This document shows, in pieces, positions 49,252-58,106 of a stretch of 64,000 nt of DNA; positions within the stretch are counted from its first letter, which is position 1, and each line of letters begins with the position of its first letter. This DNA comes from Bacillota bacterium (GTDB lineage: Bacteria > Bacillota > Clostridia > Peptostreptococcales > Anaerovoracaceae), in contig JAGAXF010000020.1 of assembly GCA_017941085.1 (NCBI GenBank), positions 36,386-100,385 on the forward strand, written 5' to 3'. The position numbers and the translations under genes are program-made. The notes under the pieces are model-generated. The model saw nothing but the letters and a program-made list of their open reading frames with translations, was not told the DNA's origin and did no database searches.

Positions 49252-49946
49252 GGATTAATAAATACATTGCCATGTCGGGAGTGGCCAGCAGAAGAAAGGC
49301 CGATGAACTGATAGAAAACGGCAATGTAAAGGTAAATAGTATAACTCTTAAGTCTCCCGGCTACGATGTAAAAGAGGGAGATATTGTAGAGGTAAACGGA
49401 AGAATAATAGAGGCTGAGGAGAAGAAAGTCTATCTTATGCTTAACAAGCCGGTGGGATATATTACATCGGTGAAGGACGAGCATATGAGACCAACGGTAA
49501 TGGATCTGGTGACGGATATTGAAGCCAGAGTTTTTCCTGTAGGTAGGCTGGACTTTAACACCTCCGGTCTTTTGCTTCTTACCAATGATGGGGATTTTGC
49601 CTATAAGGTGGCCCATCCCAAACACAGCACAGGAAAAACCTACAGAGCAAAGGTTCAGGGAATAATCTCCAGAGAAAAGCTGGCTAAGCTAAGGAGAGGT
49701 GTTGATATTGGAGGCTTTGTAACATCTCCTGCCCAGGCGAATATAGTAAAGGAGTTGCCCAAGCATACAGTTGTGGAAATTACTATTCATGAAGGCAGAT
49801 ATAGACAGGTAAGAAAAATGTTTAAAGCCATCGGAAATCCGGTGGAGGAGCTGGAGAGAATAGCCATAGGATCTGTAAAGCTGGGAAGGCTTGCGGTAGG
49901 AGGCTATAGGAAGTTAACAAAGGAAGAGATAGAGGCCCTTAAATGA
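49248..49946 (+). CDS. rluB: 23S rRNA pseudouridine synthase (RluB/RsuA family)
   Basis: S4 domain MRINKY..SRRKAD, LNKPVG and PVGRLDFNTSGLLLLTNDG motifs. Start at ATG 49248. Confidence 0.88.
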   Translation: MRINKYIAMSGVASRRKADELIENGNVKVNSITLKSPGYDVKEGDIVEVNGRIIEAEEKKVYLMLNKPVGYITSVKDEHMRPTVMDLVTDIEARVFPVGRLDFNTSGLLLLTNDGDFAYKVAHPKHSTGKTYRAKVQGIISREKLAKLRRGVDIGGFVTSPAQANIVKELPKHTVVEITIHEGRYRQVRKMFKAIGNPVEELERIAIGSVKLGRLAVGGYRKLTKEEIEALK

Positions 49947-50749
49947 CAGATGGCTTTGATGTAAAAATAAATAGCAAAGAAGTAACCTGTCCCAGCTGTG
50001 GCGGAGTTTTTCATATTGATGAACCTAAGTGTCCCTTCTGTGGAAGCTTTAATCCGGTGGGGGCAGAAAAGGAATACATGGAAAAACTCTATGACTTAAA
50101 GGACAGTACAGAGGAGCTTCCTGAGCTGGCCCAGGATGAAGTGGAAGAGGATCTAAAGACTAATTCCAAAGGAATACTTCGCCTGGTTGTTATAGTAGGG
50201 GTTATTGCAATTATAGTTATAATTCTTTTTAGCCGTCTGGGCCGAAGGGCAGAAGACATGGCAATGAAGGAGTATAAGGCTAGAGAGGCTTTTAGGGAGG
50301 CTCACCTGGATGAGTTTAATAGGCTTTATGAAGAAGGAAAGGATGAGGAACTTCTGGAATTATCAATAAGCCTCATGGAGGATCCCGGTTATGATGCCAT
50401 TTACAGATGGGAGCATTACGGATATTTAAATGCCTACTATATCTATAATGACCTTAAGGATTGGCAGGAACTGTATAAGACGGGAGATGTGGATGACTTA
50501 ACCTACGCAGTGTATGCGGCCTTGGATTTAACCAGAGGAGATAAGTATTATGAGTCCACTCTTACAGAAAGAGATTTGGAAAAGATAAAAGAGTTTGAAG
50601 CCTATGCAGAGAATTTCCTTAAGGAGAATCTAAAGATGACCAGTGAGGAATTGGATGCCTGGGTTCTGGAACTAAAGGGTGACAAGGGTTATATAGACAG
50701 AGCCAGTCTCAGAAGATATTTAAAAGAAAACATTAAGGAGGATTCTTGA
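49943..50749 (+). CDS. Double-zinc-ribbon membrane protein, hypothetical
   Basis: CPSC..CPFC, one TM, helical C-domain. Confidence 0.7.
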   Translation: MTDGFDVKINSKEVTCPSCGGVFHIDEPKCPFCGSFNPVGAEKEYMEKLYDLKDSTEELPELAQDEVEEDLKTNSKGILRLVVIVGVIAIIVIILFSRLGRRAEDMAMKEYKAREAFREAHLDEFNRLYEEGKDEELLELSISLMEDPGYDAIYRWEHYGYLNAYYIYNDLKDWQELYKTGDVDDLTYAVYAALDLTRGDKYYESTLTERDLEKIKEFEAYAENFLKENLKMTSEELDAWVLELKGDKGYIDRASLRRYLKENIKEDS

Positions 50750-51492
50750 TGAAGTGCCCAAATTGTGGATCCCCATTGGGTTTGGAAGATAAATTCTGTC
50801 CATACTGCGGATCCCCCAATAAACTGGCAACAAAGCATCAAAGGGATATGGACCGTTTTGATGCGGAGTATCAAAGCACCAAGGATAGGGTTTTTCGTAG
50901 GACGGAAGTCCTAAGAAACCACGGAGGACTTCTCATTATCCTGGTCCTTGTTCTTATTGCCTTAATAGGGGCGGTGATTTTGAATGCCTATGCCTGGGAT
51001 ATTAGCTTTAGATTAAGAGACAGAAACTCAGATAAATATGCGACCCTGGATAAGGAAGTCATGGAAGAATATCTGGCGGCAGGAGAATATGGCAAATTTG
51101 TCGGCTACGTAAGCTCCAACGATGTAAGTTACGAGGTAGAGGGTGATTACTGGCCCATAAGAACTGCCTCCAGGTCCTATACTGCTCTTTTCGAGTATAT
51201 TTCTGCCATAGATAATCCTTCCGATTATTTATTTACGGATAGAGAGATGTCATATGGCTGTGGTCGAATTGCAGAGGATCTTCTTACTATTTATAACGTG
51301 GAAAAAGAAAATGATAGCTATTATAAGGAATATTTCACTGAAGATAAGCTTGCATATATTAGAGATATTCAGGAAAGAACAACTTTAATTGCCAAAACCT
51401 ATTTTGGTCTAACGGATGAGGAGATTGAGGAAATCCCAAATATGTCCAAAAGTAAGCTGGCGGCAATTATAGAGGAGGGACTGGGAAGATGA
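50749..51492 (+). CDS. Double-zinc-ribbon membrane protein, hypothetical (paralog)
   Basis: CPNC..CPYC, one TM; TGATG coupling with the upstream gene. Confidence 0.7.
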   Translation: MKCPNCGSPLGLEDKFCPYCGSPNKLATKHQRDMDRFDAEYQSTKDRVFRRTEVLRNHGGLLIILVLVLIALIGAVILNAYAWDISFRLRDRNSDKYATLDKEVMEEYLAAGEYGKFVGYVSSNDVSYEVEGDYWPIRTASRSYTALFEYISAIDNPSDYLFTDREMSYGCGRIAEDLLTIYNVEKENDSYYKEYFTEDKLAYIRDIQERTTLIAKTYFGLTDEEIEEIPNMSKSKLAAIIEEGLGR

Positions 51493-51905
51493 AGAAGAGA
51501 GTAAAAGAAAAGAAGTCCCTTCTTAGGATAATAACGAGGATACTGGTTGTAATAACGGTTATTGCCTACGTTATGGCAGCTTTTAGAATATCCAACTATT
51601 CCAATAATTATTACTATGATCAGAAAGTAAGCAACTATTTGTATGACATAGAGGCTAATCGTTTTGGCGAAGTATATACCACTGCCTTGGATGATATGAG
51701 AAGAGACATTTCATATGACAGCGATGTAATGGAGTGCAGAGCTTTGGGGTTCTACTATGAACAGGCCGTTCTTGAAAAGGCATATAGAGAAGCAGGGAAT
51801 GAGGAAAAGGCTAGGGCTTTTGCAGAGAAAAAGGCTGAGTATGAAAAGGAGCTGGGGTCCATGGCATCAAAGATTAAGGATGTGGAAGCCATACTCCAGG
51901 ACTAG
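51489..51905 (+). CDS. Hypothetical single-TM protein
   Basis: 138 aa, N-terminal basic region plus TM; ATGA-coupled to the upstream gene. Confidence 0.65.
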   Translation: MKKRVKEKKSLLRIITRILVVITVIAYVMAAFRISNYSNNYYYDQKVSNYLYDIEANRFGEVYTTALDDMRRDISYDSDVMECRALGFYYEQAVLEKAYREAGNEEKARAFAEKKAEYEKELGSMASKIKDVEAILQD

Positions 51906-51932
51906 ATATATTAATCATTCTAAGGGAACGGA

Positions 51933-53201
51933 ATGAATGGATTATTTGAAGATAAAATAAATAACGAAAAGTCCAATGGGGAGGAAAAAGAAAAATATAT
52001 TCTCTTTGCTGTTTCTCAAGGAGACCAGGAGAAGACGGACAGGTCTCTGGATGAGTTGGAGGAACTTCTTGAAACGGCGGGAGGTATATGTGTTGCCAGG
52101 ATGATTCAGAATCTGGACCTGCCTGACCGCTCTACCTATCTTGGAAAGGGAAAAGCGGCGGAGCTAAAGGAACTTATGGATAATCTGGAGGCAGATGCAA
52201 TCCTCTGTGACGACGAACTTACTCCTGTTCAACACAGAAACTTGGCGGAGCTTTTGGATACCAAGGTGGTGGACAGGACTATGCTTATATTGGATATTTT
52301 TGCAGAGCGGGCCACCACGAGAGAAGGTAAGATTCAGGTGGAAATGGCTCAACTAAAGTATAGGGCTTCCAGACTTACGGGAAGAGGAACAGCCCTTTCC
52401 AGACTGGGAGGAGGAATCGGAACCCGTGGTCCGGGAGAAACCAAACTGGAATCCGACAGAAGAGCAATTAGGCGAAGAATGGATAGCCTTTCCGCCCAAA
52501 TCAAATCCATGGAAAGGGTGAGAGAAACCACCGGAAAGAAACGAAGGGAAAGCGACACTCCGGTAATAGCAATAGTTGGATATACCAATGCGGGAAAGTC
52601 GACTTTGCTAAATAGGCTGACGGATTCAGACATTCTGGCGGAGGATAAGCTCTTTGCCACTCTGGATCCCACCACCAGGGTTTGCACTCTTCCGGGAGGT
52701 CAGGAGGTTATGATGACGGATACCGTTGGTTTTATAAACAAGCTTCCTCATCACCTGGTGGAGTCCTTTAAAAGCACTTTGGAAGAAGCAAAGAAGGGGG
52801 ATATTATTCTTCATGTAATTGATGGAACCTCGGATGAGAGGGATCTTCATAGGCAGGTAGTCTATGAAACCCTTAAGTCCCTGGGGATTAAGAATAAACC
52901 TATTATTACTGCCTACAATAAGATGGATATGTTTTCAGAGAAAGAGGATGCTGTCTATCTAAGGGATGAAGAGGCTGAAGAGGTTGTGCTTATTTCCGCC
53001 CGTACAGGGGAAGGATTGGACCGACTTTTTTCCGGCCTGGAAAAGATAATTAGAAACAATCGAGAATATATTGAAGAGATTATTCCCTATTCAAATGCCA
53101 GAAGGATTTCCCTTATAAGGCGATATGGAGAACTATTGGAAGAAGAGTATTTGGAGGATGGAATAATGATTAAAGCTTATGTACCGAGGTCGATAAAATG
53201 A
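51933..53201 (+). CDS. hflX: Ribosome-splitting GTPase HflX
   Basis: GGGIGTRGPGETKLE, GYTNAGKST, DTVG and NKMD motifs. Confidence 0.96.
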   Translation: MNGLFEDKINNEKSNGEEKEKYILFAVSQGDQEKTDRSLDELEELLETAGGICVARMIQNLDLPDRSTYLGKGKAAELKELMDNLEADAILCDDELTPVQHRNLAELLDTKVVDRTMLILDIFAERATTREGKIQVEMAQLKYRASRLTGRGTALSRLGGGIGTRGPGETKLESDRRAIRRRMDSLSAQIKSMERVRETTGKKRRESDTPVIAIVGYTNAGKSTLLNRLTDSDILAEDKLFATLDPTTRVCTLPGGQEVMMTDTVGFINKLPHHLVESFKSTLEEAKKGDIILHVIDGTSDERDLHRQVVYETLKSLGIKNKPIITAYNKMDMFSEKEDAVYLRDEEAEEVVLISARTGEGLDRLFSGLEKIIRNNREYIEEIIPYSNARRISLIRRYGELLEEEYLEDGIMIKAYVPRSIK

Positions 53202-53968
53202 TTACAGATTCCTTTGATAGAAGTAAACCCATCATTACTCCCGGGGATTATTACGGTGAGCAAAAGCATATACTGGATATCTGCATAATAACCTTTTCAA
53301 AGGTTATTTTCCAGGAGGTTTTGGACAATTACAGGAGTCAAAGCCTTCGAAAGGAAGGGGAAATCGTAAGCTGCGGTGGCAACATTCCAATCTACTCCTT
53401 TGAGATTGAAGACCTTAAGGGAGAGGCAATGAGAATAGGAATCCTACTAAGCAGTATTGGATCCGTTGCCGCTGGAATTAATATAACCGAGTGTAACTGG
53501 CTTACGGGAGCGACTAAATTTATCATGTTTGGTTCCGCCGGTGCTTTAAATGAACCTTTAACCAAGGGAAAATATGTGGTACCTGCCAAAGCCTATCGTG
53601 ATGAAGGTATGTCTTATCACTATATGCCTCCCTCGGATTATGTGGATGTGGATATGGCAGACAGGGTTGGTGAAATCTTTGATGAAATCAAAGTGCCCTA
53701 TGTGAAGGGACCCTGCTGGACCACCGACACATGGTACAGAGAAACGGTGGAGCAAATGAAGGCCAGGGTGGAAGATGGATGTTTAGCTGTAGATATGGAG
53801 GTTTCAGGAGCCCAGGCGGTTTGCAGCTTTTATGGATGGGAACTTTACTGCTTCCTGGTTACCGGGGATGTGCTGGGCGAAGAGGAGTATAGTCTAGGTG
53901 GTTTGGCTTCCGCCAATCACGATTTGGATAAACTTCATTTGGGCTTTGAGATAGCCAAGAGGATTTAA
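53198..53968 (+). CDS. Nucleoside phosphorylase family protein (PNP/UDP)
   Basis: FGSAG, RDEGMSYHY, WTTDTWYRET and VDME motifs. Confidence 0.85.
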   Translation: MITDSFDRSKPIITPGDYYGEQKHILDICIITFSKVIFQEVLDNYRSQSLRKEGEIVSCGGNIPIYSFEIEDLKGEAMRIGILLSSIGSVAAGINITECNWLTGATKFIMFGSAGALNEPLTKGKYVVPAKAYRDEGMSYHYMPPSDYVDVDMADRVGEIFDEIKVPYVKGPCWTTDTWYRETVEQMKARVEDGCLAVDMEVSGAQAVCSFYGWELYCFLVTGDVLGEEEYSLGGLASANHDLDKLHLGFEIAKRI

Positions 53969-53969
53969 T

Positions 53970-54003
53970 AAAGAGGCGAAGGAATAATTTCCTTCGCCTT
54001 TTA
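53970..54003. terminator. Bidirectional terminator
   Basis: AGGCGAAGGA-ATAATT-TCCTTCGCCT with flanking A and T runs. Confidence 0.8.
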
Positions 54004-54054
54004 TGTAAGTACTATTCTGTATCTTGGATGTTATCTAAATGTCATAGATGATCT

Positions 54055-54447
54055 TTATTTGCGCTTGCACTCCTTTGGTGTTACGCAGGTTCCCGTGGCT
54101 CTGGCCACTACTACAGGCTCTTCCAGGAAGTCTGCTGCAGAAGCGCTGATGTCAGGCCTTGTGGCAATAACCTTGCGAGCTTCAAAGGACATCTTTCTGG
54201 ATGTATTACCGATGGTTGTTATTTCTCCATATGCTTCGATATAATCTCCTGCATATACCGGTGCCAGGAATTCGATGTTATCGTAGGCGCAGAAAAGACC
54301 TTCGTCTCCGTCGCATTTAATTAAAAGCTCTGTGGCAACATCTCCAAAGAGATGAACCATATGTGCTCCGTCTACCAAATTACCGCCGTAGTGAGCATCC
54401 TTTGCTGACATTCTAAGTCTTAATGTTGATGTGATTTTGTCGCTCAT
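54055..54447 (-). CDS. kal: 3-aminobutyryl-CoA ammonia lyase (lysine fermentation, hotdog fold)
   Basis: [46 protein letters not shown] matches known Kal proteins; kam context. Confidence 0.92.
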   Translation of the reverse strand: MSDKITSTLRLRMSAKDAHYGGNLVDGAHMVHLFGDVATELLIKCDGDEGLFCAYDNIEFLAPVYAGDYIEAYGEITTIGNTSRKMSFEARKVIATRPDISASAADFLEEPVVVARATGTCVTPKECKRK

Positions 54448-54489
54448 TTCTTTATCTCCTTTTTAGTTAATAGCACTCTACCTGATTGG

Positions 54490-54518
54490 ATTGTAGCACA
54501 GCTTAACAGATATTTGAA
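54490..54518 (-). promoter_or_regulatory. Putative sigmaA promoter of kal
   Basis: On the minus strand: TTCAAA-N17-TACAAT with extended TGn. Confidence 0.6.
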
Positions 54519-54564
54519 AGTTGCAAAAGCACATATTTTAATGTATTATTTCAACAAATAATCC

Positions 54565-54612
54565 TGAACCGATTTCTGTTCAAATATAAATACGTGAACC
54601 AATTACAATTCG
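54565..54612. promoter_or_regulatory. Paired putative operator boxes (TGAACC-N6-GGTTCA type) between kal and the regulator
   Basis: TGAACC-GATTTC-TGTTCA (54565-54582) and TGAACC-AATTAC-AATTCG (54595-54612). Confidence 0.65.
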
Positions 54613-54636
54613 ACTACAAATCCTAAGGAGACTCCC

Positions 54637-56703
54637 ATGAAAATTCCTCCCACCATGATAGAAAGAGTGCTGGAACCCAAGCATGTACTACCTACCTCCG
54701 CCTGGAAACTAGATAACAGCAGATACCTTTTTCCCGGTGAAATGCGCATCGATGTAAAGCGCATACATATTGAAGGAACCAGCTTTAAGGAAATTTGCCT
54801 GGAGGGTGGCGAAAACGATCAGAAGATAAAGCAGAAGATCATGGATATCGTCATTAGAAGAGGCAAGCTCCATAATCCTGTAACAGATACGGGAGGTCTT
54901 CTCTTTGGTGTAATTTCTGAAATAGACAAAAAGTATCCCAATACCAAGAATTTTAAAGTGGGGGACGAGGTAATATGCAACGCCTCCCTGGCTTCTGTGC
55001 CTTTAAGCATTGACGATATAACCTCTATAGATCGCGCCTATGGACAGATATCTGTAGATGGATATGCCATTATTTCCCCGGAAATGCCGGTGCTTAAAAA
55101 GCCTAAGGATCTTCCTTTGAAACTGTTAATGTATACCCTGGATGAATCGGGAACCCTTTATAGAATCAGCACAACTGCAGTAGGTAAGAAAAGATTTCTG
55201 GTGGTAGGAAACAACCTGCTGTCCAATTTGCTCTTTGGTGTAGCTATAAGAAAGGTGGCCAGAAATGATGCAGAGGTGGTTTGCCTTTTGGACAGAAATA
55301 CCACGGCGGTCTTAAAGGGAGAAAGCATCGATCGTCTTACCAAAAAAATATTTACAGAGGTTCACTATGTGGATATTCTAAGGCCCCTGGAAACCTTGGA
55401 AACAATAAAGGATGGAGGGCTTTTTGATCTCTCTGTTAACTGCGTGGATATTACAGGGGCTGAAACCATAAATATTCTGGCAACAAAGAGCGGCGGTACC
55501 GTGGTATTTGCCAATCTTATAAACAACTACAATATTGCTCTCTATATTACAGAGGCCATTTCAAGACAGCTGGATATTAGATGTGCCGATGGTTATTTGG
55601 AGGCCTACGATGCCTTCGATTTTGAAATCGTAAGAGAAATGCTTCCCTATATAGAAGGGGCGGAGGAAACCGTTACACCCATGGGAGGAGATCCCGTTCA
55701 TCCCATCAGCAAAAAGAGTCAGATGATGAAAACTGCCGGTGCCAGGTTAAGTCTTATGGGTGATTTCATTTATGACAGCACCGCCATGCAAATGGTGATG
55801 GATGAAATTCTTACAGTATCCAAATACGATTGCAATGTTTTAATTACGGGAGAAAGCGGCACAGGAAAAGAAAAAATCGCCAGTATTATTTGCAAGAACA
55901 GCGACAGAAAACTGCAACCATACATAAAGGTAAATTGTGGATCCATTGCTCCAGAACTCTTTGAAAGTAAGCTCTTTGGCAAAGAAGGAGGAAGACGTGT
56001 TCCCAATGAAAAGGGATTCCTGGAACAAGCGGAAAACGGTACTGTATTCTTGGATGACATTGGAGAGATGCCGCCGGAAATGCAGATAAAGCTTCTCAGG
56101 GCAATTCAGGACGGGGAATACTTTAGACAGAATGGAGCCACGGCGGTAAAAATGAATGTAAGACTGATTTCCGCCAGTAGAAAGGATTTGGAAGAATTAA
56201 TAGATAAGGATACATTTAGAAGGGATCTTTACTATCAATTGAATGTGGTAAGAATTAGAGTTCCTGCCCTTAGAGAAAGGACCGCCGATATACCCGGACT
56301 GGTAGATCATTTCCTTGAGGAATATGGAAAGAAATTCGGAATTAAGAGAACCATCAGTGAAGACGCCGTTGATTATCTATGTCAATCCGACTGGCCCGGT
56401 AATGTAAGAGAGCTGGAAAATGTGGTTCAGCGTATTATGATAGGGGCCACCAGCGAACAAATAAGCCTAATCGATGTAATGAAGGAAATGCATAGTGATG
56501 TCTTTGATGTAAGCATAGCGGGAATGTCTGAAGAGCTGGATGAAAATATTGAAGAAGTAAATATGGAAACCATGGTGGAGAATTTTGAGAAAAACATCAT
56601 TAGACATGCTTTGGAAAAATACGGTTCCACCAGAAAGGCGGCCAAGGCCATAGGAGTAAGCCAGACTCAGCTGGTAAGAAAGAAAAATAAATACGGCCTT
56701 TGA
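54637..56703 (+). CDS. Transcriptional regulator: Kdd-like (pseudo)enzyme domain + degenerate NtrC-type AAA+ domain + TyrR/Fis-like HTH
   Basis: Residues 1 to about 340 align by eye with Kdd. GESGTGKE Walker A, VNCGSI, FLDDIGE and WPGNVRELEN are present. HTH STRKAAKAIGVSQTQLVRK. No GAFTGA. Confidence 0.88.
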   Translation: MKIPPTMIERVLEPKHVLPTSAWKLDNSRYLFPGEMRIDVKRIHIEGTSFKEICLEGGENDQKIKQKIMDIVIRRGKLHNPVTDTGGLLFGVISEIDKKYPNTKNFKVGDEVICNASLASVPLSIDDITSIDRAYGQISVDGYAIISPEMPVLKKPKDLPLKLLMYTLDESGTLYRISTTAVGKKRFLVVGNNLLSNLLFGVAIRKVARNDAEVVCLLDRNTTAVLKGESIDRLTKKIFTEVHYVDILRPLETLETIKDGGLFDLSVNCVDITGAETINILATKSGGTVVFANLINNYNIALYITEAISRQLDIRCADGYLEAYDAFDFEIVREMLPYIEGAEETVTPMGGDPVHPISKKSQMMKTAGARLSLMGDFIYDSTAMQMVMDEILTVSKYDCNVLITGESGTGKEKIASIICKNSDRKLQPYIKVNCGSIAPELFESKLFGKEGGRRVPNEKGFLEQAENGTVFLDDIGEMPPEMQIKLLRAIQDGEYFRQNGATAVKMNVRLISASRKDLEELIDKDTFRRDLYYQLNVVRIRVPALRERTADIPGLVDHFLEEYGKKFGIKRTISEDAVDYLCQSDWPGNVRELENVVQRIMIGATSEQISLIDVMKEMHSDVFDVSIAGMSEELDENIEEVNMETMVENFEKNIIRHALEKYGSTRKAAKAIGVSQTQLVRKKNKYGL

Positions 56704-56755
56704 TAATAGTTTTAAATAGTTTTCCCGGACAGCTAAAAGTCAGCAAAATAATAGT

Positions 56756-56805
56756 TGAACCAATAATGGTTCAACTATTTTTGTATGTGAACCAAATTTA
56801 GCTCA
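56756..56805. promoter_or_regulatory. Paired putative operator boxes upstream of kdd
   Basis: Perfect TGAACC-AATAAT-GGTTCA (56756-56773) and TGAACC-AAATTT-AGCTCA (56788-56805). Confidence 0.7.
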
Positions 56806-56850
56806 CTATAAATTTTTGGCAAAAATTAGCCATTTTCTAAAGCTTTGCCA

Positions 56851-56879
56851 TAGACTAGATTTTTCCCTCATTCTATAAT
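56851..56879 (+). promoter_or_regulatory. Putative sigmaA promoter of the kdd-kam operon
   Basis: TAGACT-N17-TATAAT. Confidence 0.65.
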
Positions 56880-56962
56880 TTAACAAGGACAAAAAACAAA
56901 TTTAGGATTTATTATTTGACTACTTTCGGGTAGAAACTAGAACTAATTAGGAGGACAAAGCT

Positions 56963-58027
56963 ATGAAAAAGGGAGGAAATCCTTACGGAACACACAGAGT
57001 TATTTCACCAAAGGGTGTACTGCCACAGCCGGCAGACGTTATCGATAACGATATGGAAATCTATGATAACGAGATTAAGATTGATGTTAAAACCCTTAAC
57101 ATTGACTCCGCATCATTTACATCCATAGTAGATCACGCCTGTGGCAAGAAGCCTACCGATGATCTTAGCGATGCAGACATTCAGTCCATCAAAGATACTA
57201 TGATGGGCATCGTAGAAAAGGCCGGTAAGCATAAGAATCCTTGGACAGGATCCGGCGGCATGCTTATTGGAACAGTGGAGGAAATCGGACCTGAGTGGAG
57301 GGGTGACCTTAAGGTAGGCGACAAGATTGCAACTTTGGTATCCCTTTCTTTGACACCCCTTGTAATAGATGAGATTTTGGAAATGAGACCTGCCATCGAC
57401 CAGGTTGATATTAAGGGACATGCAATTCTTTTCCAGAGCGGTATCTATGCAAAGCTTCCTGATGATATGCCTGAAGGACTTGCTCTCTCCGCATTGGACG
57501 TTGCAGGTGCACCGGCCCAGGCAGCAAAGCTGGTTCAACCGGGAATGAAGGTTATGGTTATCGGTGGTGGCGGCAAGTCCGGACTTCTTTGCCTCTATGA
57601 AGCAAAGAAGAGAGCTGGTGTTACAGGTCAGGTAATCTGCGCTGCCGGTTCCCAGAAGTCTGAAGACAGAGCAAGAAATCTTAATCTGGCTGATGATTAC
57701 TTCCATCACGATGCCACAGATGCTGTGGGTATGTATGAAAAGGTTATGGAACTTACCAATGGTGAGCTTTGTGACCTGGTAATTAACTGCGTAAATATCG
57801 AGAATACAGAAATGGCTTCCATTCTCTGCACAAAGGATGGAGGAAGAGTATACTTCTTCTCCATGGCTACCAGCTTCACAAAGGCTGCTCTTGGTGCTGA
57901 AGGTGTTGGCAAGGACGTAGAGATGATCGTAGGTAACGGCTATACAAAGGGTCATGCTGAAATTACACTTCAGGTTCTTAGAGAGCATGAAGGCATCAAG
58001 AAGCTCTTTGAAGAAATGTATGCATAG
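56963..58027 (+). CDS. kdd: L-erythro-3,5-diaminohexanoate dehydrogenase
   Basis: YGTHRVISPKGVLPQ, GKHKNPWTGSGGML, ALDVAGAPAQ, IGGGGKSG and VYFFSMATSFTKAALGAEG motifs. Confidence 0.93.
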   Translation: MKKGGNPYGTHRVISPKGVLPQPADVIDNDMEIYDNEIKIDVKTLNIDSASFTSIVDHACGKKPTDDLSDADIQSIKDTMMGIVEKAGKHKNPWTGSGGMLIGTVEEIGPEWRGDLKVGDKIATLVSLSLTPLVIDEILEMRPAIDQVDIKGHAILFQSGIYAKLPDDMPEGLALSALDVAGAPAQAAKLVQPGMKVMVIGGGGKSGLLCLYEAKKRAGVTGQVICAAGSQKSEDRARNLNLADDYFHHDATDAVGMYEKVMELTNGELCDLVINCVNIENTEMASILCTKDGGRVYFFSMATSFTKAALGAEGVGKDVEMIVGNGYTKGHAEITLQVLREHEGIKKLFEEMYA

Positions 58028-58106
58028 TACCAAAGAATAGAAGTTGCAGATAAGAATGAAGAGAACTTTTGCCATGAAAGATTTGGCATTAAGATAGGAG
58101 TATCAT

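Noticed and set aside
56817-56830. TGGCAAAAATTAGC as a sigma54 -24/-12 promoter for kdd
   Set aside because: Spacing is GG-N9-GC rather than the required GG-N10-GC. A sigmaA-type promoter is present, and the regulator lacks GAFTGA.
57113-58075. 320-aa antisense ORF opposite kdd (likewise 14490-15323 opposite pepV and the many short shadow ORFs)
   Set aside because: Shadow frames of well-supported genes with implausible composition (Cys/His/Phe-rich).
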